DNA of 40,904 nucleotides, from positions 1-40,904 of IMG/VR virus record IMGVR_UViG_3300046779_001206; one strand, given 5' to 3'. The DNA is from a virus (Duplodnaviria; Caudoviricetes). Below the pieces are notes generated by a model that did not search any database, was not told the origin of the DNA, and saw only the letters and a program-made list of their open reading frames with translations. This document shows, piece after piece, positions 25,796-34,512 of this stretch; position 1 is the stretch's first letter; each line of letters begins with the position of its first letter. Both the position numbers and the translations under genes were made by a program.

Positions 25796-26574
25796 TGTCT
25801 GTTGTAAGCTATTCTCTACACCCAACACGCGGTAAACCAACACAACCACACATAATTCGCCAGTTAGGCCATGGCTGGATGAATGTAACTACTACCTTAG
25901 AAGAGTTCTGGGAATTAGTGACTGTTGATGGTCATGCTACTAGTAGTTGCTTAACTAGCGATCACAGACACTCGGATAACTTTGAGAGTCGCCAAATTTT
26001 TATGATTGATATTGATTCTGGTATGACTGTTGACGAATTGTTAGTTAACCCAACTTATAACGAATTGGCTTATGGATTCTATGTAACACCTTCGCATACC
26101 TCTGATGCGCACAGATTTCGGATCGTATTTGTGGCTGAAGAACCTGTTGCGAACCAAGAACATGCGCTGCGAGTATTTCAACAACTAACACAACTGTTCC
26201 CGCAATGCGATTCAGTATGCCGAGATGCTACCCGTATATTCTATGGTACACCTAACTGCGAAATCAAAGAAGTATTGGGCGGCAAACTAAGCAAAGAAAC
26301 TGTTGACTTTATCATAGCTAGAATGGAACCACCACCACCACCTCCTGTAGAAGTTGTGCGAAGTTCCGATCGGTTAACGCGAATTCCGCGCAAGATAACA
26401 GAACTTATTGAAGATATGCGACCTGGTGATCGCAGTGCCAAAGCATGTAAGATTGGCGGTATTGCTCAGTACTTGACTCCTGAATTAAAGCAGGAAGTTG
26501 AGTTGAAATTAGTTCAAGCTGGCTGTGATCGCACAGCAATCAAAAGTTTTAGAAAGTACAGCCGTGACAAGTGA
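25795..26574 (+). CDS. Putative AEP-type primase(-polymerase) domain protein
   Basis: IFMIDID, YVTPSH....HRFRIVF and CD..CRD.TRIFYG motifs; TAATG coupling to the helicase. Confidence 0.75.
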   Translation: MSVVSYSLHPTRGKPTQPHIIRQLGHGWMNVTTTLEEFWELVTVDGHATSSCLTSDHRHSDNFESRQIFMIDIDSGMTVDELLVNPTYNELAYGFYVTPSHTSDAHRFRIVFVAEEPVANQEHALRVFQQLTQLFPQCDSVCRDATRIFYGTPNCEIKEVLGGKLSKETVDFIIARMEPPPPPPVEVVRSSDRLTRIPRKITELIEDMRPGDRSAKACKIGGIAQYLTPELKQEVELKLVQAGCDRTAIKSFRKYSRDK

Positions 26575-26770
26575 ACAAGAAACCATACTCTTGTTGAAGC
26601 ACAGCGCAGTAACGCCTGATCTTATTGAAGAAGCTGCCGAGTATTGCGGCGGTGACTTAGATAGCGCATACAACTGGGCAATTACAAACTGTGGTGGTTG
26701 GCCTAAAGATCAAGTGCTAAGTCTTAGATTGCTATGTTATAAAATGAAACACAGGATTGATGGCTTATAA
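26525..26770 (+). CDS. Small hypothetical protein (start possibly GTG 26564)
   Basis: Fills the gap between primase gene and terminator. Confidence 0.55.
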   Translation: MIAQQSKVLESTAVTSEQETILLLKHSAVTPDLIEEAAEYCGGDLDSAYNWAITNCGGWPKDQVLSLRLLCYKMKHRIDGL

Positions 26771-26771
26771 C

Positions 26772-26796
26772 AAAAAGGACCCAGTGGGTCCTTTTT
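26772..26796. terminator. Bidirectional terminator between convergent operons
   Basis: AAAAAGGACCC-AGT-GGGTCCTTTTT. Confidence 0.9.
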
Positions 26797-28913
26797 TAAA
26801 AGTCTGGCTTCCAGATAGGCGAACCATCAGGAGACGGATTATCTAATTCTTTAATCCATTTCATGTCGGCGGCCTTCTGTTCTTTAGTAAGTCTACCAGT
26901 ATGTTCGCCACCATATTGAATGTCTACTTTGCCTTTACCAGGTGCTTTGGTATGCCAATCTACTCTAAATGTTTCATGGTTAGGTGTAAATCCATTTACG
27001 GTAACTACTCCCGTTCGCTGTTGAACGGTGATTGGATGACCATCAATTTTCATGCCCTTTATACTAATAAACACAACAGGCTCACCACTGTTGAACACTG
27101 TGCCATTATTATGTTTTAATGTATGAGTAATTTCAATTTTAGCGCCATCTGGCTGGTGAACAGTGTTCTTTACTACTTCATCAACACCTAAATGCCTATC
27201 TCTACGGGTAGACTTAACAATTTCTTCAATATTGTTGCCATTCCGTCTAACATAATGATACTCATCTGTTGGATTTAAAGATTGAATAATGCCAAACTGA
27301 TCATACTGTTCAGATGTAAGTGGCTGCTCCATTGACCCTGCCTTAGTCATAGAACTATCTTCAACAGGTACTGGACCACCAGGTAGGTCATCTTCGGTCA
27401 TCATACCTAAAATATTAGGGTTACCGCGCTGACGTTTACTAATAGCACTAGCACCACTGTTCTTAGCTACACGTTGAATGAATGTATTCTCGCTGATACC
27501 ATGATCACGCAGCCATTCCATACTAGGAATCTCATCAAGAGTGCCGCCAAGCTTCTTCATTAGCGCAACAGCGCCACGAGTACGGTTATCCATATCAACC
27601 GCGTCAACAGGTTGAGTTGGAATACCTTGACGACTAGGCGAGTCTACATTACCCCATTCACTAATAACCTGATCAATAGATTGTTGCTTAGCCTCACGCT
27701 GCTGTGAGGCTACCTCGCGCTTACCCATTTGTGCTTCTTGACCATTGTCGCCTCTCGCAGCTATCTGTGCTCGCATTTGTTGTAATTTTGCTTCAATAGA
27801 ACCAGGAGCAGCCGGAACTACAGGCGCCGCAGAAGGTGGCACGCCAGTACCTTCCGCTACCGGAGCAGGCTTGTTGCCCGGCATTTTACTTGGCTCTACA
27901 GGTCTAGTGTAAGTGCGATTTGAATTGAGGTCGTGTGGTTGAATGTAAGTTGTATCGTTTCTACGACCACTGAATACGTCATATGTTGGCGCAGCTCTGC
28001 CTTCACGATACGCTTGTTCTGCTAATAAAGCAGGATCAACAGCACGTAATGGCTGTAATAGTTTACCAGCGGCAGGGATACCATGCTTGATTAGTGAGCC
28101 TTGAAATGGAACACCAGCGCCAAACATACCAGCAATGTCAGCATATGTTTGTAGACCACTACCAGATAGTGGTTTGCCAACACCCTCACGCCATCCACGA
28201 ACCATTCGTTCAACGGCACTCTCTAGACTACGACCTTCAATAGGTACGTTGTTATCACTCATGCGAGTAGCTAACTCTCCTAGCGTATTCATGCCAGCTT
28301 TGCCACTAGCGTGACGTTCAGGACTAATAGCTTGTTCTATTGTTGGTTCAGTAATCTTTACACTAGCGACAGGAGTATCGCTCTTTAGAGCATTGATAGT
28401 TCCTTTAACCACCTGACCTGGCGCCGCAGCAACAGCGCGACCAGCATCAGCAACACCCTCACCCGCAGCACGAGCGGTATTACCAGCAACAGTACCAGTC
28501 ATTTGAATAGCAGGAAGCGCAGCACGTGAGTGTCGTCCGCTACCAGCAAGACCAAGTGGACCAGCAATAATAGGTGGTATCTTAGCCGCATCCATAGCTT
28601 TGCCTAATCCCTCAGTCATTCGTTGACCTGCCTCAGTACGTGGTTGATATGTTAGTCTATCCATTACTGCTTCGGGAGTAGTGCGATTGTTAGTTAGCAA
28701 ACTAGCAGCGGCACCCAGTGGCATAGCAGCGGCACCACTGATGGCACCTAGAGCAGTTTCTATGGCACCACCAATAGCTTCACCTGCCTTCATTGGTCGT
28801 TCAGTAGACTTTGCCGTTGTGCCTAGAGCAGCCGCGGCTTCGTCAATGTCCGCTTCAGTTGGTTCACTCTGAAATGCTACCTTCTGTCCATTTACTTCGT
28901 ATACAAATGCCAT
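26796..28913 (-). CDS. Putative large internal virion / ejection protein (705 aa)
   Basis: Ala/Gly-rich N-terminal half, LTYQPRTEAGQ, last gene of the structural arm. Confidence 0.6.
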   Translation of the reverse strand: MAFVYEVNGQKVAFQSEPTEADIDEAAAALGTTAKSTERPMKAGEAIGGAIETALGAISGAAAMPLGAAASLLTNNRTTPEAVMDRLTYQPRTEAGQRMTEGLGKAMDAAKIPPIIAGPLGLAGSGRHSRAALPAIQMTGTVAGNTARAAGEGVADAGRAVAAAPGQVVKGTINALKSDTPVASVKITEPTIEQAISPERHASGKAGMNTLGELATRMSDNNVPIEGRSLESAVERMVRGWREGVGKPLSGSGLQTYADIAGMFGAGVPFQGSLIKHGIPAAGKLLQPLRAVDPALLAEQAYREGRAAPTYDVFSGRRNDTTYIQPHDLNSNRTYTRPVEPSKMPGNKPAPVAEGTGVPPSAAPVVPAAPGSIEAKLQQMRAQIAARGDNGQEAQMGKREVASQQREAKQQSIDQVISEWGNVDSPSRQGIPTQPVDAVDMDNRTRGAVALMKKLGGTLDEIPSMEWLRDHGISENTFIQRVAKNSGASAISKRQRGNPNILGMMTEDDLPGGPVPVEDSSMTKAGSMEQPLTSEQYDQFGIIQSLNPTDEYHYVRRNGNNIEEIVKSTRRDRHLGVDEVVKNTVHQPDGAKIEITHTLKHNNGTVFNSGEPVVFISIKGMKIDGHPITVQQRTGVVTVNGFTPNHETFRVDWHTKAPGKGKVDIQYGGEHTGRLTKEQKAADMKWIKELDNPSPDGSPIWKPDF

Positions 28914-30532
28914 TATTCTACTCGCTTGTATTTGTTGCCACTAGATGTGGTACCTACTTTCGGTTGGTTACCAGGAATAGCTTCAGCGCCTGGTTTCTTA
29001 TTAGCACCTGGAGCAGCAGGAGCTAGTGGCACATTTGGTTGACCTAGAGTTTGTTGAGCCCAACCAGCACGGTTAGCAATCTTGACCTGTGCGCCTTGAA
29101 TCCACTCTTTGACGAACTCAGGGTTACTATTAGCTTTAGGCTTGTTCTCGGTCCAGAACTGTAAGTCAGCGGTACTTGGGTTAGCACCTAGTGATTTTAG
29201 GCCATCAGCAGCTAACTTATTAACAGTATCCATGACCATGTTAGTGTTCTTAGCATCATCAGTTTCAAACTGTGAACCGATTGCTTGTGCTACCTTACCG
29301 CGACCAGCAATAGTACTTAGTCCACTACCAATGTTATGCTTGCCACTGTCTATGATAGCAACAGCTTTGTTAATATCGCCGATTTGGTCTTTGAGAGTAG
29401 GGATTGAACCAAGAACTTTACCGGCTTCTTTAGCTTGTTCTTCAAGACCAGCTGCCTGAATCTTCAATGGCATGAGTTGCTTCTCTTTAGAGATTTCGGC
29501 AGCCACATCATAGTTCTTTTGGGCTTTGTGCTTTTCAAGTTCAAGTTCGTTCTTCTGGCGAGTTTGCTTGATCATGTGAGCATCTAACAGACCTTGCGCT
29601 TCACGCGCATCTTTAGCATCTTGTAGACCAAAACGATAACGAGCGATTAAGCGATCACTAGCACCAGCTGCTTGTAAGGCACGAACCTGATCACTATCAT
29701 CTTTGGAAATATCCATTGCTTTGCTCATCATTGAGGCTACTTTGTTAACTGTTTCAATAGGAGCCCTACTATCAATCAAGTTTTGAATGATACTTTGAGC
29801 ACTGCCTTGAGCTAGAGCTGGATTCTCTTTAGCTGTTACTAACACTTGACCAATCTGTTGTGATAGCTGAGGAATAGCTTCAGTAGCTATACCACTACTA
29901 GCAAGAGTTTTAGTAGCGGTGCTAGTAAACTGCTGTTGTAACGCCTGAGTTTCTTGTAGTTTGATATCGCGCTTGATAGTCTCTGCTAAAACAGTATTGC
30001 GTAGTAGTGAGTCGCGATCTAATGCTTTTTGGTAAATCTTAGCATATGTATCAACTGCGCCTTTGATGCCAGCGCCACGGAACAGGGCACCAAAGTATGC
30101 TTGATTAGCTTGACCTTCTGGACTAGCTGGATCAACTTTTAGTTGTTCTAGGGCTTGTTGAACACCTTGCGTGAATGATGTAACTTGCTGTGGGCTGTTT
30201 GCTTTTGGCTGCTGTAGATTAACACCATACTTTTGTGCTAATTGCTCAGCAATATTAGTAGTAGCCATGCCACCAGCTAGACCAGCAACTGCGATCTGTT
30301 CTGGTGTACCGGTTTTCTTTTGTGGCGAATATGCTAGGGCTTGAATATGTTCTGGAGTTAGCTTATCGCGCATGATAGCGTCACTAGCCATAGCAGTCAT
30401 CGCGCCATCAATGCCACTTTCATTGTATGTTTTACCAATGTTGAATAGATAGTCTTTGATTGAAGTACTTGGCTGCGAATCCAAGATTGGACTTGGCATA
30501 GCCTCGATTGTTGGTGTTTGTTGTTGTAACAT
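28913..30532 (-). CDS. Putative internal virion / ejection protein (539 aa)
   Basis: Helical Gln/Ala/Lys-rich; GANPSTADL motif; position in ejection block. Confidence 0.6.
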   Translation of the reverse strand: MLQQQTPTIEAMPSPILDSQPSTSIKDYLFNIGKTYNESGIDGAMTAMASDAIMRDKLTPEHIQALAYSPQKKTGTPEQIAVAGLAGGMATTNIAEQLAQKYGVNLQQPKANSPQQVTSFTQGVQQALEQLKVDPASPEGQANQAYFGALFRGAGIKGAVDTYAKIYQKALDRDSLLRNTVLAETIKRDIKLQETQALQQQFTSTATKTLASSGIATEAIPQLSQQIGQVLVTAKENPALAQGSAQSIIQNLIDSRAPIETVNKVASMMSKAMDISKDDSDQVRALQAAGASDRLIARYRFGLQDAKDAREAQGLLDAHMIKQTRQKNELELEKHKAQKNYDVAAEISKEKQLMPLKIQAAGLEEQAKEAGKVLGSIPTLKDQIGDINKAVAIIDSGKHNIGSGLSTIAGRGKVAQAIGSQFETDDAKNTNMVMDTVNKLAADGLKSLGANPSTADLQFWTENKPKANSNPEFVKEWIQGAQVKIANRAGWAQQTLGQPNVPLAPAAPGANKKPGAEAIPGNQPKVGTTSSGNKYKRVE

Positions 30533-31525
30533 TTATCTTCCTAATTTTGGACCTAGAATACTTGCTAGAGTACTCATTGGAATATTTAGTGACTGACCAT
30601 TCATGAAGGCGTATTCAGGTGATACTGCTTGACCGAATGTGCCTCTGCCATCATCAGCAGTAGTTGTACCGGTACCTGTGCCGGTACCTGTGCCACTAGC
30701 ACCTTTAATTGCGTTCTTAGCAGTTGTAGTTGCACCACTACCAGCAATCATCTTGGCAATGTTTGATAAGCCAGATGGAACAGTTAATCCACCAGCAGTG
30801 CCTAATATTGGGTCAAATGCTGAACTAGTTACGCCGGTTTCTAATGCTGCCGCAGCGGTAGCAGCATCACCCGCGCCAGTAGCTGGATTCCAACCACCAC
30901 CAACGTCAATGTTGTCAGCAGCCATAGCATCCGAACCAGGCAATGGAACAGCACTACTATTTGTAGCAGGGTTATAGCCGCCACCAGCATCAATATTGTC
31001 AGGTAAATACGCATCGCCACTACCAGCATCAGCCGGACTCCAACCACCACCAGCATCAATCGCATCAGGTAAGAATGTGCCATCAGCACCTAAGCCTAAA
31101 CTAGCTAAGTAACCAGTATCAGCAGCAGTCCAGCCAGCAGCAGCATTAAGTGCCGCAATAGGGTCGGCAGTAGCATTAGCAGCAGCAATCATTTCTGGTG
31201 TGATTGAACTTGCCGCAGCTTCTCCAGCGGCAGCTTCACCTAAACCTGATTCAAGTAATCCGCCATCAGTGCCGGTAAAGTAATAAGCAGTCATTGCCGC
31301 AGGTAATAACCATCCGCCTGGAATCTCTTCATTAACAAAGTCATCTAAACTACTACCGAGATCGCCTACGCCTTCTATGATATCACCTCCAATATCACCA
31401 ATGCCACTGACTACATCTTCTAAGCCGCCTAGGATATCACCTCCGATATCACCAACACCTTCAATAGCATCGCCTAGTAAATCACCGGCACCATCAATTA
31501 AATCACCTACTACTCCACCGCACAT
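30533..31525 (-). CDS. Putative ejection protein, acidic Gly/Ala/Asp-rich (330 aa)
   Basis: MCGG start, amphipathic GDxxGDxxxG repeats, D(A/N)ID(A/V)GGG(W/Y)(S/N)PA x3. Confidence 0.55.
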   Translation of the reverse strand: MCGGVVGDLIDGAGDLLGDAIEGVGDIGGDILGGLEDVVSGIGDIGGDIIEGVGDLGSSLDDFVNEEIPGGWLLPAAMTAYYFTGTDGGLLESGLGEAAAGEAAASSITPEMIAAANATADPIAALNAAAGWTAADTGYLASLGLGADGTFLPDAIDAGGGWSPADAGSGDAYLPDNIDAGGGYNPATNSSAVPLPGSDAMAADNIDVGGGWNPATGAGDAATAAAALETGVTSSAFDPILGTAGGLTVPSGLSNIAKMIAGSGATTTAKNAIKGASGTGTGTGTGTTTADDGRGTFGQAVSPEYAFMNGQSLNIPMSTLASILGPKLGR

Positions 31526-31526
31526 A

Positions 31527-31955
31527 TTATATTTCCTTTACACAGTTAACACCTACAACGGTGTATCCCTTACGCTCATAAAAACGTTTAGTTATATCTA
31601 TTCTGTTGCCAGTTGTCTGGCCCAACCACACTTGATTAGCACCACGACTGTTGGCCCATGTTTCAAATCTACTAATTAGTTCATTAGCTACGCCAGTGTG
31701 TCCAGGCATAACAAATAGGCCTAGATCACTAGCACGAACAACATGATTGAACATGCTTTCATGCACTACACCAGCCATGAAGCCAATACATTGATCGTCA
31801 TCAAAAGCTAAATCAACGTTACAATTATTACCATTTACTATATTTAATATTTTATTACTTGCCGCCAGTCCTAATTTGGTATTAGCCAACATACTATCAG
31901 TTAGTTGTTTGATAGCTGGCAAATCAGTAGCAGTGGCACGACGATATGTTATCAT
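31527..31955 (-). CDS. GNAT-family acetyltransferase
   Basis: ITYRRAT..D, LFVMP.H.GVA..LI..FE.WA..RGA, RFYERKGY. Confidence 0.85.
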   Translation of the reverse strand: MITYRRATATDLPAIKQLTDSMLANTKLGLAASNKILNIVNGNNCNVDLAFDDDQCIGFMAGVVHESMFNHVVRASDLGLFVMPGHTGVANELISRFETWANSRGANQVWLGQTTGNRIDITKRFYERKGYTVVGVNCVKEI

Positions 31956-32914
31956 TGACCACCATAAAACTTGTTAAGTAAGCCAGAGATAGTGCTTTCA
32001 GCAGTGCTCATTGCGTTACCACGATTTGACTCAATAGTTTTGTATTGGTCGTTAATATACTTTAAGCGGTTATCTCTGTTTGATGTCAAACTACCTAATG
32101 TAGTGTTGAACTTTTCGTGTGCTTGACTTAGTGCCGCATTGCGTTTAGCATCAATTTGTTGTTTGATTTTATCTAACTGAGTATTATAAGCATCTGTTAG
32201 TTTTGGATTATCACCAAATTGCTTTTTCTTATCTGCTAGCCAAGTATCTAATTTTGTCTTTGCTTGATTAAATGGCGCATCATAAGCGGCATTAATGTTT
32301 TTTATTGTATTATCTCGCCATGAATGTAACTTGCCACTTTGATCAGTAAATTGCTGATGAATAGGATCAGTAAAACTACCTTGACTACCAGCAAACTGAT
32401 TTTGATTCATTGCTGCCTGATATGCTTTGTATGAATCAGACATTTGATTTAAGGTGCTACCAAATCTTTGAATAGCTGGCATATACTTTTTCTCAAGCGC
32501 ACCGTAATCCATAGCAAATGGATTGTAGTTAGCATCTTGTGCTAACTTTTGCTGATATTCATCCATGTTAATGCCCTGACGAATCTTGTTAGGGTCATAG
32601 CCAATCATACTTGGAGTTAGACCAAGTTGTTTGTATAGATTAATGTTCTGCGACATTGTATCAGTTTGGCCAGGTTGTAGCGCTGGCTGTGGTGCCGATG
32701 GATCAAACTGACCTAGTGCCATTTGTCCTAAACCATTGATGAAACCACTCAACTGCGAATTGATTGCTGGGTTAGCGCCTGGTGCGCCATGTAGTCCAGC
32801 AAGATCAACTTGATGCGACAACCTATTAGTAGCGCCCATGACCTTATTCTGCCACGCATTTTTATTTTGAATGGCTTGTTGATACTGGGCGTTTAGTTGT
32901 TGTTGAGGAGTCAT
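31952..32914 (-). CDS. Hypothetical helical Gln-rich protein, possibly ejection protein (320 aa)
   Basis: Composition and position in ejection block. Confidence 0.55.
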   Translation of the reverse strand: MTPQQQLNAQYQQAIQNKNAWQNKVMGATNRLSHQVDLAGLHGAPGANPAINSQLSGFINGLGQMALGQFDPSAPQPALQPGQTDTMSQNINLYKQLGLTPSMIGYDPNKIRQGINMDEYQQKLAQDANYNPFAMDYGALEKKYMPAIQRFGSTLNQMSDSYKAYQAAMNQNQFAGSQGSFTDPIHQQFTDQSGKLHSWRDNTIKNINAAYDAPFNQAKTKLDTWLADKKKQFGDNPKLTDAYNTQLDKIKQQIDAKRNAALSQAHEKFNTTLGSLTSNRDNRLKYINDQYKTIESNRGNAMSTAESTISGLLNKFYGGQ

Positions 32915-32917
32915 TGA

Positions 32918-34063
32918 TTAGCCCCACCAGTCCATTAGATCGGTTGGAATATCTGGCGCACCAGATAAGTCAGGCATGACAGCAGGTGAGGCACTATCAA
33001 ATATGCTACTAGCACTATCCCAAGCATTGCCTAGTGTATTCCCGATACCATTCAACCCACCCATGCTATTCCACAAACTACTGCCAGCACCATATAAGGA
33101 ACTTAGCGCATTGCCCAAGTTAGCAACGTTGCCATAGCCACCCATGTTAAGAGCAGTCATTAAGTTGTTTGGAGTGCTAATATCTGGTAAGAAGTTACTA
33201 CTGCCCATTACACCTAAACCAGCATTGTAGTTTTGTAGGGCTTTGAATGGGTTCTGAAACTGATTAGTTTGGTTTAAGTAGTCAGCATTGAGTTGATTCT
33301 GATTCTGCTGTTGTAGTAAGGAACCCATGCCTTCTTGAATTTGACCAGGCAACAACTGTGATTGTTGTAAGCTGCCAGTTAGTTGAGCGCCTTGTAGAGC
33401 TTGATTGCCTAATTGGCTACCAGCACTTAACTGACCTTGATAGCCTAACATGCCTGCTTGCTGACCAGCCGCAGCCGCTTGTTGAGCCGCGTTGTATGCT
33501 AGTTGTTGTTGTTGAGCGCCTAGTTGAGTGGCAGCATTTTCCTGTGCTTGACCTAGTGCCGCATTACGACCACTTGACATAAAGCCACCAGCAGCGCCGC
33601 CTACACCAGCAGCACCCTTATTCCATGCCATGTTAGCTTGATTGTTCAGTGCTTGTTGTGCGCCTAGCAAACTAGGTGACATGAAGTTTTGATATTGATT
33701 AGCTACACCACTACCAAACTGTGGTGATGTCATACCACCAGCAATACGCTGTAATGCGTTCTGACCAGTAACTGCGCCACTTTGAACAGCACCTAATGTG
33801 CCAGCACCCATGTTAGCTAAGTCAGCGCCAGTACCTTGTGCGGCACCTAGTTGTGTTTGTAAGCCTGCTAAGCGCTGAGGGTCAAAACCAGCAACGCCCT
33901 GTTGTGGCACGATACCGTTTAACTGGCCCATGTATGCTTGTCTAGCTTGATCGTTGATGAACTGTTGATTACCTAAGCCAATCTTACCTTGTTGATAAGC
34001 TGGGTTATTAGATAGTCCACCTAAGAACTCCATTAAGCCAGTGTCTGTTAAAATATTTGCCAT
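32918..34063 (-). CDS. Putative DNA-transfer / ejection protein (381 aa)
   Basis: Gly/Ala/Gln-rich; YQNFMSP and GGFMSSGR resemble the podovirus GAFGGSR motif; own promoter motif and SD. Confidence 0.65.
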   Translation of the reverse strand: MANILTDTGLMEFLGGLSNNPAYQQGKIGLGNQQFINDQARQAYMGQLNGIVPQQGVAGFDPQRLAGLQTQLGAAQGTGADLANMGAGTLGAVQSGAVTGQNALQRIAGGMTSPQFGSGVANQYQNFMSPSLLGAQQALNNQANMAWNKGAAGVGGAAGGFMSSGRNAALGQAQENAATQLGAQQQQLAYNAAQQAAAAGQQAGMLGYQGQLSAGSQLGNQALQGAQLTGSLQQSQLLPGQIQEGMGSLLQQQNQNQLNADYLNQTNQFQNPFKALQNYNAGLGVMGSSNFLPDISTPNNLMTALNMGGYGNVANLGNALSSLYGAGSSLWNSMGGLNGIGNTLGNAWDSASSIFDSASPAVMPDLSGAPDIPTDLMDWWG

Positions 34064-34081
34064 GAAATTATCCTTGTAATA

Positions 34082-34092
34082 TATTTATCGTT
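34082..34092 (-). promoter_or_regulatory. Putative late promoter AACGATAAATA
   Basis: Third exact copy of the 11-mer; followed by AAGGA and ATG 34063. Confidence 0.75.
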
Positions 34093-34512
34093 TTATAGCC
34101 ATGCTGGCTTTTGTGGCCACTCTACAGTAGTAGGATAGCCTGGTTGACTAGTGATATCTAGTAATGCTTGGCGATATTGGGCCACTTCGTCTTGTTGAGA
34201 TTGAGTCATACTATTCCACCATAGTGGGTTTATGCGGTCAATGGCAGATAAACATTGTGTTCTGCGAGTTAATACGCTTGAAACAGCATCAGCAATATTC
34301 AGTACCCATTGTTTTGTGCTATAGTCAAACTCGTAATGTTCTTCTGGTTTTGCTGGCTTTAAATATGGTTGACCATTACTTATGTAATATTCTTCTCCAT
34401 ATTCACCAAGAATATGTAATTTGTCTTTTAAATTTAACTCAGCAATTTCCGAGCTACTAAAAGTCATTGTGCCTAATATTTGGCCAGTTGGATTGTATAT
34501 AGTGTAAATCAT
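34093..34512 (-). CDS. Tail fibre assembly chaperone-like protein
   Basis: C-terminal YRQALLDITSQPGYPTTVEWPQKP; directly downstream of tail fibre. Confidence 0.8.
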   Translation of the reverse strand: MIYTIYNPTGQILGTMTFSSSEIAELNLKDKLHILGEYGEEYYISNGQPYLKPAKPEEHYEFDYSTKQWVLNIADAVSSVLTRRTQCLSAIDRINPLWWNSMTQSQQDEVAQYRQALLDITSQPGYPTTVEWPQKPAWL

